Assembly (NCBI RefSeq): GCF_030028105.1
Contig: NC_092379.1
Coordinates: 47,416,150-47,480,149, forward strand
Reading direction: 5' to 3'
Length of the DNA: 64,000 nucleotides
DNA from: Mobula birostris
Lineage: Eukaryota
In this document: positions 38,190 through 51,300 of the stretch, piece by piece
Numbering within the stretch: position 1 is the stretch's first letter
Layout of the letters: each line of letters begins with the position of its first letter
The notes under the pieces: model-generated
The model's input: the letters and a program-made list of their open reading frames with translations, nothing else
The model's database searches: none
What the model was told of the DNA's origin: nothing
Position numbers and translations under genes: made by a program

Positions 38190-40560
38190 GTGTGTGTCCC
38201 TAAAAATCATTCCCTATCTTCCACAACCAGAAGCCCGGGGTAAACCATGAGAAATAGAAACTACAGAGGGCCAGATCAGCGGCATTGAAGTCTAGCAACC
38301 ATGTGAGATATAAGAGGTGCGGGTACCATCTCCGAAAAGCCATCTCAAGGGAGAAGTGATAATTCCGGACCAAACGTGAATCCCAGAAGCTGTGGCATGG
38401 TTTGAGCTCTATTAAAACCTGTATCCAAGCGACGAAGGTGGCAGCAAGGCTTCGCTCCCAGATGAGCTTAATGTCTTCTCTGCTCCTTTTGCCCGTCAAC
38501 ACATGGAGGAAACTTCACGACCTCCCACAGCCCCATCAACCATGTGATTTCAGTCTCTAGGACGACGTAAGACCAGAATTTAGCGGAAGACCCAACGGAA
38601 GACATTTAGCCCAGCTGGGGTACCTAGTCGAATACCAAAGACCAGTGCTGATCAACAGTCTGGTACGTTCAGTGATATCTTTCACCTTTCGCTTCGGCAG
38701 TCTGATGTATCAACCTGCTTCAAGCATGCTTCAGTTATACCGGTGGCTAAGAAGAACGTTGTAACCTGCCTGAATGACTATCGTCCAGTAGAATTCAGAT
38801 CCACTGTGATGAAGTGCTTTGAAAGGTTGGTGATGACAAACATCAACTCATGTCTGAGAAGCGACCGCAATCCGCTCCATTTTACCCACTAACACAGCAG
38901 ATCCACAGCAAATGCTTAGGAGCTTAGGAGGGACGATGGCACCTAGCGGAGACTCCTTCCGCTTGCATCTTCGGAAACAGCTCTATTTCTACCTTTAATA
39001 TTGTAGTTTTCCCTTGCAGACCCTGACCTGGTTCTTTGCAGGAATGGACCCGTTCTCGGGTTTCCACGACTGGCCGTTATTCCACATGCCAAGGGTTTGG
39101 CCTGAGAATCACGATCGTGTTCGGAAGCCTAAGATCTCAGGGCTCTGGAGAAGGGCGGATCGAGAGTCGGTGTCACGGCAGGAGACTTGTGTGTCGTCGG
39201 GGAGGCCGGAAAGTCTTTCGCTGTGGGCCAGAAGACCTGAGGTCTTTGCGATCTTTCAACACAGAGCTTGAAAAAAGCGAGGGAACGGACTTTTAACATC
39301 GTAAACCAGCGTGTTGTTGTTATGTCTCCCGCTCGCTGTGAAAATGGGGGAAACTGCCCTTTCCCAGGTCAGGGAGGTTTGTCGAATTTCCGATGAAATG
39401 CGAAGCTTTTAGGGTAACTCTGGGCTATGTCTTTGCTATTGCCTAGCACACGCTTGGGCTTGGTGATGGTACACATGCGTGCTTTTTCTGCTGGTGGAGG
39501 GAGGGGGTACTTTGGGGTTCTCACGTTTAACTGTTTGCGAAGAAATAGCATTTCAGGATGTATACTGTGTACATCTCTCTGACATTAAATTTGACCTTTG
39601 AACCTTCGAACTTTTGAACCTTTGAAATGTTGTTTCATTGGCTCATCACTCAACCCTGGAAAGTCTGTACAACAAAAATGCATATATCAAGACTCTCTTC
39701 ATCGTCAACAGCTCGTTATTCAATACCATCATCCGCTCAAAATTAATCAAGACAATTCAAGACCTTGGCTTGTGCAATTGGATACTGGATTTCCTCACTT
39801 GCAGACCCCAGGTCAATTTGACAACAACATCACCCCCATAATCTCCATCAGTACAGGTGCACCGCAAGTCTGTATTCCTATCGCCCTGCTTTACACGCTT
39901 TATATTTCTCACTGTGAGGTTAGGCACAGATCCAATGCCATGTGTAAGCTTGTAGATGACACCACTATTGTTGGCCGATCAAAGGTGGTGATGAATCAGC
40001 ACAAGGGAGGGAAAGTGGATATCTGGCTGAGTAGTGCTACAACATCAACGTCTCACTCAATGGCAGCAAGACGAAGGAACCTTAGGAGGAGGAAACCGGA
40101 GGCCCGTGCTCAGTCCTCACCGGGGGATCATGGGTGGAGGGGATGAGCAACTTTAAATTCTTTAGTTTTATAATTCCAGAGGATCTGCCCTGAGACCAGC
40201 ACGCGAGTGTGATCATGAAGAAAACACTGCAGCGCCTCTATTTCCTCAGCAGTTTGCGAATGTCCGACAGGATATCAAACCTTTGACAAACGTCTGTAGA
40301 TATGTAATAGAGTTTATCTTGACTGGCTGCATCAGGGCCTGGTATAAAAACACCAAAGCTCTTGAAATGAATTCCTACAAAATGTAGTCGATACGGCTCA
40401 GCCCACCACGGGTAAAGCCCTCCCCGTCGTTGAGCATATCTGCACGGAGTGCTGCCGCATCATCCATCATCAAGAACCCCCGCCATACAAACCATGCTTT
40501 CCTCTCGCTGCTGCCATCACCAAAAAGATACTGGACCCTCAGAACTCACAACGCGGGATT
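38190..40560 (+). mobile_element. Degenerate Rex1/Babar LINE interrupted by an unclassified insert (about 38930-39610)
   Basis: CLNDYRPV, LCNWILDFLT, STGAPQ, KLVDDTT fragments on both sides of a non-coding GC-rich block. Confidence 0.75.
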
Positions 40561-40879
40561 AGGGACAATTATGAGCCTTCAGCCATCAGACTATTGAACT
40601 AGTGGGGATGGAAAGGAAAGTTACGTCACATCCGGAGTTTCTCCAGTTGCCGGACGATTTCCCTCCACGCCTCTCTGACGTAGTGGGGAACCGCGTACGA
40701 GGCAAGTTACAGCAGTGGTTTGCCATTGTCTTCTGCCGGGTGAGTTTCCAAAGAGATCACCAGCTCGTAACCCAGCATGGATGGAAAGGATGACCTCACT
40801 CAAATTCATTCACCCCATCATTGAAACTGTGACGTATATGTACTTTGATAATAAACTTCCGATGTACACAGATGTCCAC

Positions 40880-41260
40880 ATGTCCACAGATCCCTGAAAG
40901 TTGCCTCACAGGTAGATAGGGTAGTTAAGAAAGCTTATGGGGTGTTAGCTGTCATAAGTCGAGGGATAGAGTTTAAGAGTTTAAGAGTCGCGAGGTAGTG
41001 ATGCAGCTCTATAAAACTCGGGTTAGGCCACACTTAGAGTACTGTGCATTGGAAAGGTTACAGAGGAGGCTTAACAGGATGGGGCCTGGTTTAGAGAGTA
41101 TGGATTTTGATCAGAGATTAAGAGAGTTAGGGCTTTACTCTTTGGAGAGAAGCAGGATGACAGGAGACATGATAGAGGTATACAATATATTAAGAGGAAT
41201 AGATAGACTGGACAGTCAGCGCCTCTTCCCCAGGGCACCACTGCTCAATACAAGATGTTT
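40880..41260 (+). mobile_element. CR1 3' fragment
   Basis: ORF 40998..41264: LYKTRVRPHLEYC, LYSLER, GDMIEVY. Confidence 0.85.
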
Positions 41261-41691
41261 ATGATCGCAGTTTATGATGCATGTTACAAATCCTAAACGT
41301 GTATATTGGTTAATGAATCGGGTCATTCAATATATTTGAACAGATCTATCGGTCACAAGGGTGAAATTCCCAATAATCTAAAAGAAAGCTTTCATATCGC
41401 TTCACACTGCGTTTCAGTCAATTTCATGCCATATTACCACTTCACATTCAATTTTACTTTACTGCGTGTCCGGTACTAATCCACAATCTTTCTCATCTAT
41501 TTCCAGCTTACCTTTATCTCATTAGATACAAGGATTCTATTTTTAGCTTTATCAATTGGTCTTAAATTTTAATGTTTTCGGCTGGATTGATCGGCATACG
41601 CCTGAACACGACTGTTTTAATTTGCTCAGAAAATTGTAATGAACAATTGTGATGATTCAACCTAATGGTCTCTCTGGTAGTTGACATCAGG

Positions 41692-41697
41692 TATAAA
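41692..41697 (+). promoter_or_regulatory. TATA box of the GPCR relic
   Basis: TATAAA about 60 nt before the ATG; equivalent motif upstream of the paralog at 59215-59220. Confidence 0.5.
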
Positions 41698-41757
41698 TAG
41701 ACGCGTCAAATACTTTGTTTTCAGTGACTACGGCTTACCTCCACATCGTCACGGGAA

Positions 41758-41827
41758 ATGCATGCGCTTGGAAATGGACCAGTCTTTGCGATTTATTATT
41801 CTGTTCTCGCCGCTTTCGGTGTTCTCT
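41758..41827 (+). pseudogene. GPR139-like GPCR exon 1 (relic gene)
   Basis: ATG at 41758: MHALGNGPVFAIYYSVLAAFGVL, 70 nt then GT donor; same length and phase as exon 1 at 59067-59136. Confidence 0.85.
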
Positions 41828-42744
41828 GTAAAGTTTATATGAACAAGAGATTATTTAATTTTTGACCATGTCATAGCTAAATGTCCCGTTGATTATAACT
41901 ATTCTTTTCAGTCTCCGCCTGGGTGCTCTGATTATCCATTGCTTCTTTGTTGTCTTTTCTTAATGAAATACGAACGTAATAACATCTCTTGACAAAGGGA
42001 ATCTCTTTATATAATTATTCTCATTGGATTATTACAAAAATAATTTATTTTACAGCATTGTCTTATTCTTTCACGGGTCATGATCATGAATGCCTAGTAC
42101 TGCTCTGAAATCAGTTCTAACATTCTATTGACCCTTTCCCCGTTCGGCTTGACTTCATCTCGGTTTACGCTCTACCTGTTCCGATTGTAGGTCTACACGG
42201 CAATGCAAAAATGCTCTACTTCAAACTGGATAATGGCAAAAATTCTGTCACGGCATCGACTTATGTAACTGATCGTTAAAATGATCACCTGTCATTATTT
42301 TCTGTATCAGCTTCCGTTTTCTATCTGTCTGACCTGCACAATCCGTCCCGTAATCTCTTAGACCTCCTACCGTCAGGCAGAAGGTACCACACTATTACAA
42401 AGTTGGGTAACAGCTTCTCGCACCCAGCCGTGAGAATTCTAAATACCCTGTTACCACCCAGTATACATTACTTCTGACAGCGCCAGTAGTAATAAGTCTG
42501 TTGTACATTTAACTATATGTAGTAACTGCGCTTTATGTCAACTCGTACGTCCATATGTAACTCCCTGGTTAATTTGTTTTTAATGCTATGCTGTAGGCAT
42601 TTCATTTTACAGTTTTGTAAGACCAGTCTGTTCTGCTTGTAGCTTGTTTGGTGGTCAGCTGAGAGAAGGGGCTTTGTTGTTCACCTTCGGAATGTGGTGT
42701 CAGCCAATTAGAATGGTAGAAGTGGGAGAATTTTCTATAGAACG

Positions 42745-43930
42745 TCGGGGGAGAGGTCGTTGTTGCCAGGAGCTGGAAGAAGAAGTTTTTTGACTTCTCC
42801 AGTGTGTTCAACACCATCCGCCCTGCTCTGCTGGGGGAGAAGCTGACAGCGATGCAGGTGGATGCTTCCCTGGTGTCATGGATTCTTGACTGGCAGACCA
42901 CAGTACATGTGCTTGCAACACTGTGTGTCCGACAGAGTGATCAGCAGCACTGGGGCTCCACAGGGGACTGTCTTGTCTCCCTTTCTCTTCACCATTTACA
43001 TCTCGGACTTCAACTACTGCACAGAGTCTTGTCATATTCAGAAGTTTTCTGATGACTCTGCCATAGTTGGATGCATCAGCAAGGGAGATGAGGCTGAGTA
43101 CAGGGCTACGGTAGGAAACTTTGTCACATGGTGTAAGCAGAATTATCTGCAGCTTAATGTGAAAAAGACTAAGGAGCTGGTGGTAGATCTGAAGAGAGCT
43201 AAGGTACCGGTGACCTCTGTTTCCATCCAGGGGTCAGTGTGGACGTGGTGGAGGATTACAAATACCTGGGGATACGAATTGACAATAAACTGGACTGGTC
43301 AAAGAGCACTGAGACTGTCTACAAGAAGGGTCAGAGCCATCTCTATTTCCTGAGGAGGCTGAGTTCCTTTAACATCTGCCGGAAGATGCTGAGGATGTTT
43401 TACGAGTCTGTGGTGGCCAGTGCTATTATGTTTGCTGTTGTGTGCTGGGGCAGCAGGCTGAGGGTAACAGACACCAACAGAATCAACAAACTCATCCGTA
43501 AGGCCAGTGACGTTGTGGGGATGGAACTGGACTCTCTCACTGTGATGTCTGAAAAGAGGATGCTGTCTGAGTTGCATGCCATCTTGGTCAATGTTTCCCA
43601 TCCACTACATAAGGTACTGGGTGGGCACAGGAGTACATTCAGCCAGAGACTCATTCCACTGAGATGCAACACAGAGCGTCAAAGGAAGTCATTCCTGCCT
43701 GTGGCCATCAAACTTTACAACTCCTCCCTTGGAGGGTCAAATATCTTGAGCCAATAGGCTGGTCCTGGACTTATTTCATAATTTACTGGCATAATATACA
43801 TATTACTATTTAACTATTATGGTTCTATTACTATTTATTATTTATTTATTATTTGTGGTGCAACTGTAACGAAAACCAATTCCCCCCGGCATCAATAAAG
43901 TATGACTACTACTACTCTACTACTACTACG
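42745..43930 (+). mobile_element. Rex1/Babar LINE, 5'-truncated, inside the GPCR intron
   Basis: ORFs 42862..43353 (STGAPQGTVLSPFLF, KFSDDS) and 43239..43757; (act)n tail. Confidence 0.92.
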
Positions 43931-45548
43931 AAGACAGGAGTGAAGATCGTGGAGGATGGCGTCCCTGTTGCACAAGTTGCTTTGTGCAGATGAATGGCTT
44001 CGAGGAGGAAGGACCAATACTTCCGTGGGAGAGCCTGTTCGTTCAAGATGCATTTCGAGCGACATGATGTGCTTTCACGCAGACTACGAGTTCAGCGTGC
44101 GAGTCACAGACAAGGTAAGATTTGGGCTCCACCGTGCACATGTGACTGTTTAAGTATAATGGGTCCTTTTCGTTTTTTTCTGTTTCCTTTTAATAATTGT
44201 TATCTTAAGTTAACATGCTTAAATATGCTCCTTATTAATTGTATGCAGTATACGATCTGTTATTTCTTGACGACGGGCGATGGCCGGGGCAGTAAATCAC
44301 ACAGCATTCACGCAAACCGGAGTTTGGGTGGGCGGGACTAAATTCGTAGACACCCGAGAATCGTATGAAGCCTGAAAAAGGTGGGTTTATCGCCGCGGAA
44401 CCTAGTGGCTCTTAACGAGAGGCTAACGAACCGGATTTCCGGAGACGCCCAGTAAAAGGGGGAGGGGGGTTCATATATAATACTCTTTATCTGTTAATGT
44501 TATTGTGGAAATAGTATTTAATATGGTGCGTGTGATATATGTACAATAAACCTAAACTTTAACTTGCTCTTTCAGTACCGGATGCTTATTATCAACGAAT
44601 TAGCTGACACTGGTTTCACTTAAATAATAATTTAATGTAATAATTCATTACAACGCCGCGACTGGCGCTGTTAAACTAACAGCACTCGTGCGGATGGAGT
44701 ATTTATTATGAGCTTCCCTGTAAAGGTGCCTCCTGCCTTGTTATTTACATCTATTTATATTAAGTATAATTCTACTATTCGTTATATAGCAAATAAGCTC
44801 TTCGTTGAATTTTCGAAACGAATTATTGTCAAGACAAGTCACAGTTTCTAACCTCCATTCGTTGATAGAAGCGAATTCAGACCTGACAATCGATATGTCG
44901 ACTTTTCCAGATAAAATGGGTTGTGAAATGTAATGCATTCTTGTGCCAAAACCAAAATTCCACCAAAACAATGAAAAAAAATAAGAAATGATCAATCAGA
45001 TATCATCTTCTGTTGCAACACCTCACTGATGCTATTGGTCAAAGTCGAAATGAGCACTGGATTTCGCCTTTACATGTTTCTATTCTTGAAGAAGAGTCAA
45101 TGTTTGAACGACAGTTACTGAAGTTATTTTTTGAGTCTTCATGATTTCTCGCTCTCTATAATCTGATTCCAGTCCCTTCATAGTTCTGTTTGACTTTTTA
45201 ATAAAATTACTGCTCTGTACAGCTTTGTATATTTCACGCACTACGCTGTAACTTATTAGAACCCTCACGTGTTTAAAATTGTTGGTCGGTTTGATTTTTA
45301 AACGATGGATTCAGTCTCCTGAAACACGAAAGTCTTCCTATGTTTGGAACCAACGTTTGTATCATATGTTACATTCGATATTTTATGTGCGTTTGGGATA
45401 ATTATTTTAATGCAAAAGTAGATAATCGATCTATTTTAATCGCCGAATTAGCTGTCAAATATGTGAGTTTCATATCCGCCCTTTTACTGATAAACTTGTC
45501 AGAAGACTGACTACCAATTACCTTCTGGTTTCTCCACCTCTCTTACAG

Positions 45549-45652
45549 CTAACTTTGTTACGATTGTGATCCTGTTGCAAGGAAAGTGCAGCCTCTCGAA
45601 AGTATCAAATGAAGTCAGAGAAAACGTATTCATTTGCAGAAACTTACACTAA
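45549..45652 (+). pseudogene. GPR139-like GPCR exon 2 stub (truncated after TM1/ICL1)
   Basis: Acceptor ttacag then NFVTIVILLQGKCSLSK; similarity to the paralogs ends there; TAA at 45650. Confidence 0.8.
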
Positions 45653-46199
45653 CAGACAATGTTATAGAAGTACTTAGAATTAAGAAAATATGTACTGTAA
45701 GGAAAATTATTCTAACGTTTTAGCCATTGTGATATAACTGACTTATATGTTAGATGTCCGAGAGAATATCCTTCTTTACTACGAACACTGGAAAGAAAAT
45801 TCCGATCACTATTAAAGCCAACGTCAATCTAATAAACTAACTCTGTGAAACGCGCTCTTCTCTCCGCTATATTGAGACTCAACACGTTAAACACAAGGCT
45901 GGAGTTCTCATAAAAAAGAGATTAATAGGGAAGCCACACACAGATGGAAATAAAGGTACTCCGGTTTAAGTAAATAAGATGCAGGATACAGATGACGCTA
46001 ATTTTCATGCCTGCTTCCAGATTGAAAACCAACTTGTCGTTGAATTTGTCATCTTTGAAGAGTATAAGCGAAGGGCTTTTGAGTAAATGAAGCAGGAATC
46101 CTTTTCCAACTAGTTCCGGCAGCACAATAAGAAGCTTGACTATAGAAGACACTAGCAGTATGCTGTAAGTTCGAGAGTGTCAATGGGTTAGAAGTGTCT

Positions 46200-48430
46200 G
46201 AAGTTGCCATTACTATGAAGAAGGATCTTGGGAAACTTAAATGTCTTAAAGTAGATATGTCACCTGGACCAGACGGTGTATAAGCCAGGGTTCTGGTGGA
46301 GAACCTGATAAGATTGTGTCATTAATCATTAGATTAATCATTAGATTGTGTCATTAGATTCTTAAATGTTTACGGGAGACTGGAAAATAGCAAACATTAC
46401 TCCACTCTTCAACAAGGGAAAGAGGCAGAAGACAGATAATTATAAGCCAGCTAGTCTGACCTCAGTGGTTGGGAAGATGTAGAATTCGATTGTTAAGGAT
46501 ATGGTTTCGGGGTACTTGGAGACACATAATAAAATAGGCCGCATTCAGCATGGTTTCCTCAAAGGAAAATCTTAAATGACAAATCTGTTGTAATTCTTTG
46601 ATGAAAAGCAAGCAGGATAGACAAAGGACAATCGCATGATATTGTGTACTTCCAATTTCCGAAGGCATTTGACAAGGTGCCACACATGAGGGTGCTTATC
46701 AAGTTCAGAGACCATGGTATTACAGGAAAGATACTAGCATGGATAAAGCAGTGGCTGATTGGCAGTAGGCAAAGTGCAAAGTGTGAGAATAAAGGGAACT
46801 TTTTTAATTGGTTACCTGTGACTAGTGGTGTTCAACAGCGGACTGTGTTCTGACCGCTTCTTTGTTTGTTACATGTCAATAACTTGTACGACGGAATTGC
46901 TGCTGGCATTGTTCTAACGCATGCGGACAATACAGATAGGTGGAGGGACAGATAGTTCTGAGGAAGAATAGAGAATATAGAAAAAGAACGATCAAGGAAG
47001 TGTTAGATGGAATACAGTGTCAGGAAGTGCATGGTCATGCACTTTGATAGAAGAAATAAAAGAGTTGACAATGTTATAAATGGAAAGAAAAGTCAAATAT
47101 ATGAGGCGCAAAGGGACTTTAGATTAGATTAGATTATGACGACACGCAGTCCTCTTTTATTGTCATTTAGTAATGCATGCATTAAGAAATGATACAATGC
47201 TTTTCCAGAATGATATCGCAGAAAACACATGACAAACCAAGACTGAAAAACTGACAAAAGCCACATAATTGTAACATATAGTTTCAACAGTGCAAGCAAT
47301 ATCGTAATTTAATAAGAACAGACCATAGGCACGGTAAAATCTCAAAGTCTCTCGGAAGTCCCATTATCTCACGCAGACGGTAAACCTCCAGCGCCGCAAA
47401 CTTGCCGATGTAGCATCCCGGAAGCATCTGACCACAGTCCGAATCCAAGTCCGTCCGAAAACTCCGAGCCTCCGACTAGCTCTCCGGCACCGAGCACCAT
47501 CTCTGCCGAGCGCTTCGACCCCGGCCCCGGCAACAAGCAATAGGCAAGGCCGAGGATTTGGGGCCTTTACCTCCGGAGATTCTCGATCGCACAGTAGCCA
47601 CGACAGCGAAGCAGCCAGTTCAGAAGTTTCTCCAGATGTTCCTCCGTGCTTCTTTACGTCCGTCTCCATCAAATCAGGATTGCGCACGGCATCCTATTTC
47701 ACAGATACGATATTTATGATTCGGAACAGCCGCGCGCTCTGCGTCGCGCCGCCATCCTCTCCTCCCTCTCCCTCGAAAGACTTGGAATTATTTATGGAGG
47801 ATTTCCTGAAGGTTAATTTGCAGGTTGAATCGGTATTGACGAAGGAAAATGTAGTGATAACACTCAATTCAAGAGGACTAGGATATAAAAGCTAAGATGT
47901 AATGTTGAGGCTTTATAAAGCACTGGTGAGGCCTCACTTGGAGTATTGTGAGCAGTGTTGGGCCCTTTTTCTTAGAAAGGATGTGCGGACACTGGAAAAG
48001 CTTCAAAGCAATTTCATGAAATTGATTCCAGCATTGAAAAGATTACCATATGAAGAGCGTTTGATGGCTTTGAACCTGTATTCACTGGAATTGTAAAGTA
48101 TTGCATGATGAAAGATCTCCATAGAGTGGAGAGGATGTTTCCTATGGTGGAGAGTCTAGGACCAGAGGACACAGCCTCAGAATAGAGGGGCGCCCTTTAC
48201 AACGGAGATGAGGAGGAATTTCTTCAGCCAGGAAGTAATGAATGCGTGGAATTTGTTGCCACTGGCTGCTGCAGTGGCAAAGACTTTACATATATTTAAC
48301 GCCGAGAATAACAGATTCTTTATTAGGACATAAAGGAATATGGAGAGAAGGTAAGAGCAGCCACAATGAAATAGCGGAACAGGCTTGATGGGCCAAATTG
48401 CCTAATTCTTCTCTTATGTCACATGGTTTT
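46200..48430 (+). mobile_element. Degenerate CR1 LINE split by a reverse-oriented non-coding retroposon (about 47120-47790)
   Basis: ORFs 46644..46853 (FPKAFDKVPH) and 47902..48096; the insert has an agattagatt tail. Confidence 0.8.
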
Positions 48431-49124
48431 ATGGCAGAACTCACTACTGAGCTGGAGAGCCATAAGTATTTGATGAATTTCATGGTGCTGGAGAGACTAC
48501 CAGCTGTCATGATTCTGGGGGTGGGGGGGGAGGTGTAGATTTGCCTGTGTTACAAAGTTACTGAAGAAAGGAAATAGCCGATGACATCCATTTGTTAATC
48601 CAGGGGTAGAGAGTGCTGTTTCTTATTTTGTCGTGACTCGTGTTAAAAACTAAGCAATGGCTGAGTTACAACCTTTTCCTGACTTGGAAGCTAGTTTGTG
48701 CAAGGGAGGACCCAAAGGGCCTAGAAGGTCATGCCCGCAATAGAACCTTGAGAAATACGCCCGCTCTCCTCCTTCTGTTGAGACTTGTACAGATGAAGTT
48801 CCTATTAATAACAATATTAAGAGGCTTGGGAAGGTTGACCTCTGCAATATCGCTGGCTAGCACCTAACTGAGCTGCAAATGGAGTTATCTGACTTTTAAC
48901 AGCTGTTTCACCAGAGACCAAGACTGACAAATGTCCTCAAAGATTCCATCAGGATCAGACCTGAATTGAATTGAAATGATATGAATTGAATTGAATTGAC
49001 TTTATTTCTTACATTTTTCACATACGTGAGGAGTTACGTCTCTGTCTGACGTGTAATTGGCAAATTATAGTAATTTGTAATAAATAGTATATACAGTAAG
49101 ATATACAACAGAACAGTCAGTCTT

Positions 49125-49690
49125 CTTCTTCTTCTTCTTCAGGTGTCTTGTGCGTTACACGCTTGGGCGATCATGGCTTTCCACATAGAACGATCCCATG
49201 CAGCGTCAATATCTCGCACACTTATACCTGTTAGTTCTTTCACAGTGTCCATATATTTTCTTCTTTGCCTTCCTCTTCCGTATTTCCCGGGCATACGGCC
49301 TTGTAACGTAAGGCATTCTATTTCTCCATTTCTGATGACATAGCACAGGAATTCAAGTTTCCTCTCATGAAATGTACTCATTAGACATCTTTTTGTATGG
49401 GCACGTTGGAGTACTGTCTCATTAGTTACCCTATCTCTATATGATATTTTCAGCATTCTTCTAAGAAACTGCATTTCTGTTGCTTCTAAGTTTCTTCGGA
49501 GTTCTGGTGTTATAGTCCATGTTTCGGAAGCATATAACAAGATTGACCAGATGTAACATTTAAGTAGCCTAAGCCTTGTTGTCATAGAAATGTGTCTATT
49601 GGTAAAAATTAGTTTCATTTTTCAAAAGTTGGTTTTGGCAATTTCGGTTCTTCTTTTTATTTTTACTTTACTTCTAGCATCTTGTGATAT
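49125..49690 (-). mobile_element. RTE LINE 3' fragment
   Basis: ORF 49139..49618 (RLLKCYIWSILLYASETWT); (gaa)n tail. Confidence 0.88.
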
Positions 49691-49876
49691 AAAGCTACCA
49701 GGAACAGTCAATATAGCTTAGAAATACAATTGTGTCAGCGTGAATTAATCAGTCTGATGGCCTGGTGGAACAAGGTGGCCCGGAGCTTGTTACTTCTGGC
49801 TTTAATGTTGCGGTACCGTTTCCCGGATGGTAGCAGCTGGAACAAATTCTGGTTGGGGGTGCCTTAGGTCCCCAAT

Positions 49877-50373
49877 ACTCACAACACGCTGGAGGAACTC
49901 AACAGGTCGGGCAGCATCCGTGGAAAAGATCGGTCGACGTTTCGGGCCGGAACCCTTCATCAGGACTGTAGGGGGAAGGGGCAAAGGCCCTATAAAAAAA
50001 GGTGGGGGGAGGGCGGGAAGGAGAAGGCTGGTAGGTTCCAGGTGAAAAACTAGTAAGGGGAAAGATAAAGGGGTGGGGGAGGGGAGACAGGGAGGTGATT
50101 GGCAGGAAAGGTGAAGAAAGAATAGGGGAAAACACAATGGGTAGTAGAAGGAGGCGGAACCATGAGGGAGGTGATAGGCAGCTGGGGGAGGGGGCAGAGT
50201 GACATAGGGGTAGGGGAAAGGAGGGGGAGGAAATTACCGGAAGTTGGAGAATTCTATGTTCATACCAAGGGGGTTGGAGACTACCTAGACGGTATATGAG
50301 GTTTTGCTCCTCCAACCTGAGTTTAGCTTCATCATGGCAATAGAGGAGGCCATGTATGGACATATCTGAATTG
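49877..50373 (-). mobile_element. 5'-truncated Penelope-like insertion with 10-bp TSD
   Basis: ggtccccaat at 49867-76 and 50374-83; matches 20370-20850. Confidence 0.9.
49931..49968 (-). ncRNA. Minimal type-I hammerhead ribozyme
   Basis: Minus strand: cagtc-CTGATGA-agggttccggccc-GAAA-cGTC-gaccg (one stem I mismatch). Confidence 0.82.
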
Positions 50374-51123
50374 GGTCCCCAATGATCCTTTGGGTCCTTT
50401 TAACGCACCCGACACTGTAAACATCCTGTGTAGTGGGAAGTTCACATCCACAGATGCGGTTGGGCTGTCCGTACAACTGTCTGAAGAGACCTGCGATGAA
50501 GGGAGGTACCGTTCCCATACCAGGCAGTGATACAACCAATCAGGATTCTCTCAATTGTGCCCCTGTAGAAAGTCCTTAGGATCTGGGGACTCATGCCGAA
50601 CTTCTTCAACCGCCTGAGGTGATAAAGTCCTGTTGTGCTTTATTTTTCACCGCACAGCCGGTATCTACAAACCAGATGAGGGCTTCGGTGATGTGAATAC
50701 CGAGTAAACTGAAGTTATTCACCCTCTCAAGCCCAGATACATTGGTGTCAATAGGGGTTAGCCTGTCTCCGGCGCTCCTGCAGTCCACAACCAGCTCTTT
50801 TGTTTTGCCACATACTGGGAGAGGTTCTTTTCTTGACACGACTGTGTCAGGGTGATGACTTCTTCTCTGTAGGCTGTAGGCTGACCAGGGTTCAGTACGC
50901 CAACACTATTACAGAGTGCCAGAGCGACCTGAAGAGCCCTGAAGGAGGAGATTCGAACCATTCTGGAGCTGGGAGCCATGAAGCTTTCAAATAGTCAAAG
51001 CATTCATATGGTTCTCGGCCCCAAGAAGGAAGGCACCCTAAGGGCATGCATTGAATTCGGGAAGTTAAATGCCGTGTCTTTTTATATACTATCCTAGACT
51101 CCGCATTGATAACCTACCAGAAA

Positions 51124-51300
51124 TGGAAGACCGGCAGTTGCCCATGCTGCAAGTCTCCCCTCTCCATGCCACCGATATTTTCCAAGGGAAGGGCAAGGGC
51201 CGATACAGCTTGCTCAAGGACACAACACGCTGCCTCAGCTGAGGCTCGACTAGCGACCTTCAGATCACTGGACCAACGCTTTAACCACTTGGTCACGCGC
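51124..51300 (-). mobile_element. tRNA-derived SINE with internal deletion
   Basis: Minus strand: caagtggttaaagcg (A-box-like)...gatctgaaggtcgctagtcgagcc (B-box-like). Confidence 0.65.

Larger units (their letters stand above)
49700..50880 (-). mobile_element. Rex1-type LINE fragment interrupted by a PLE
   Basis: KTKELVVD (ORF 50606..50839) and IIGDP (50285..50539); sequence is continuous across the PLE. Confidence 0.75.

Noticed and set aside
30573-41000. Search for exon 1 of the 29657-30572 pseudogene
   Set aside because: No AIYY..LA.FGVP-like exon was found upstream on the minus strand; presumably lost or too decayed.
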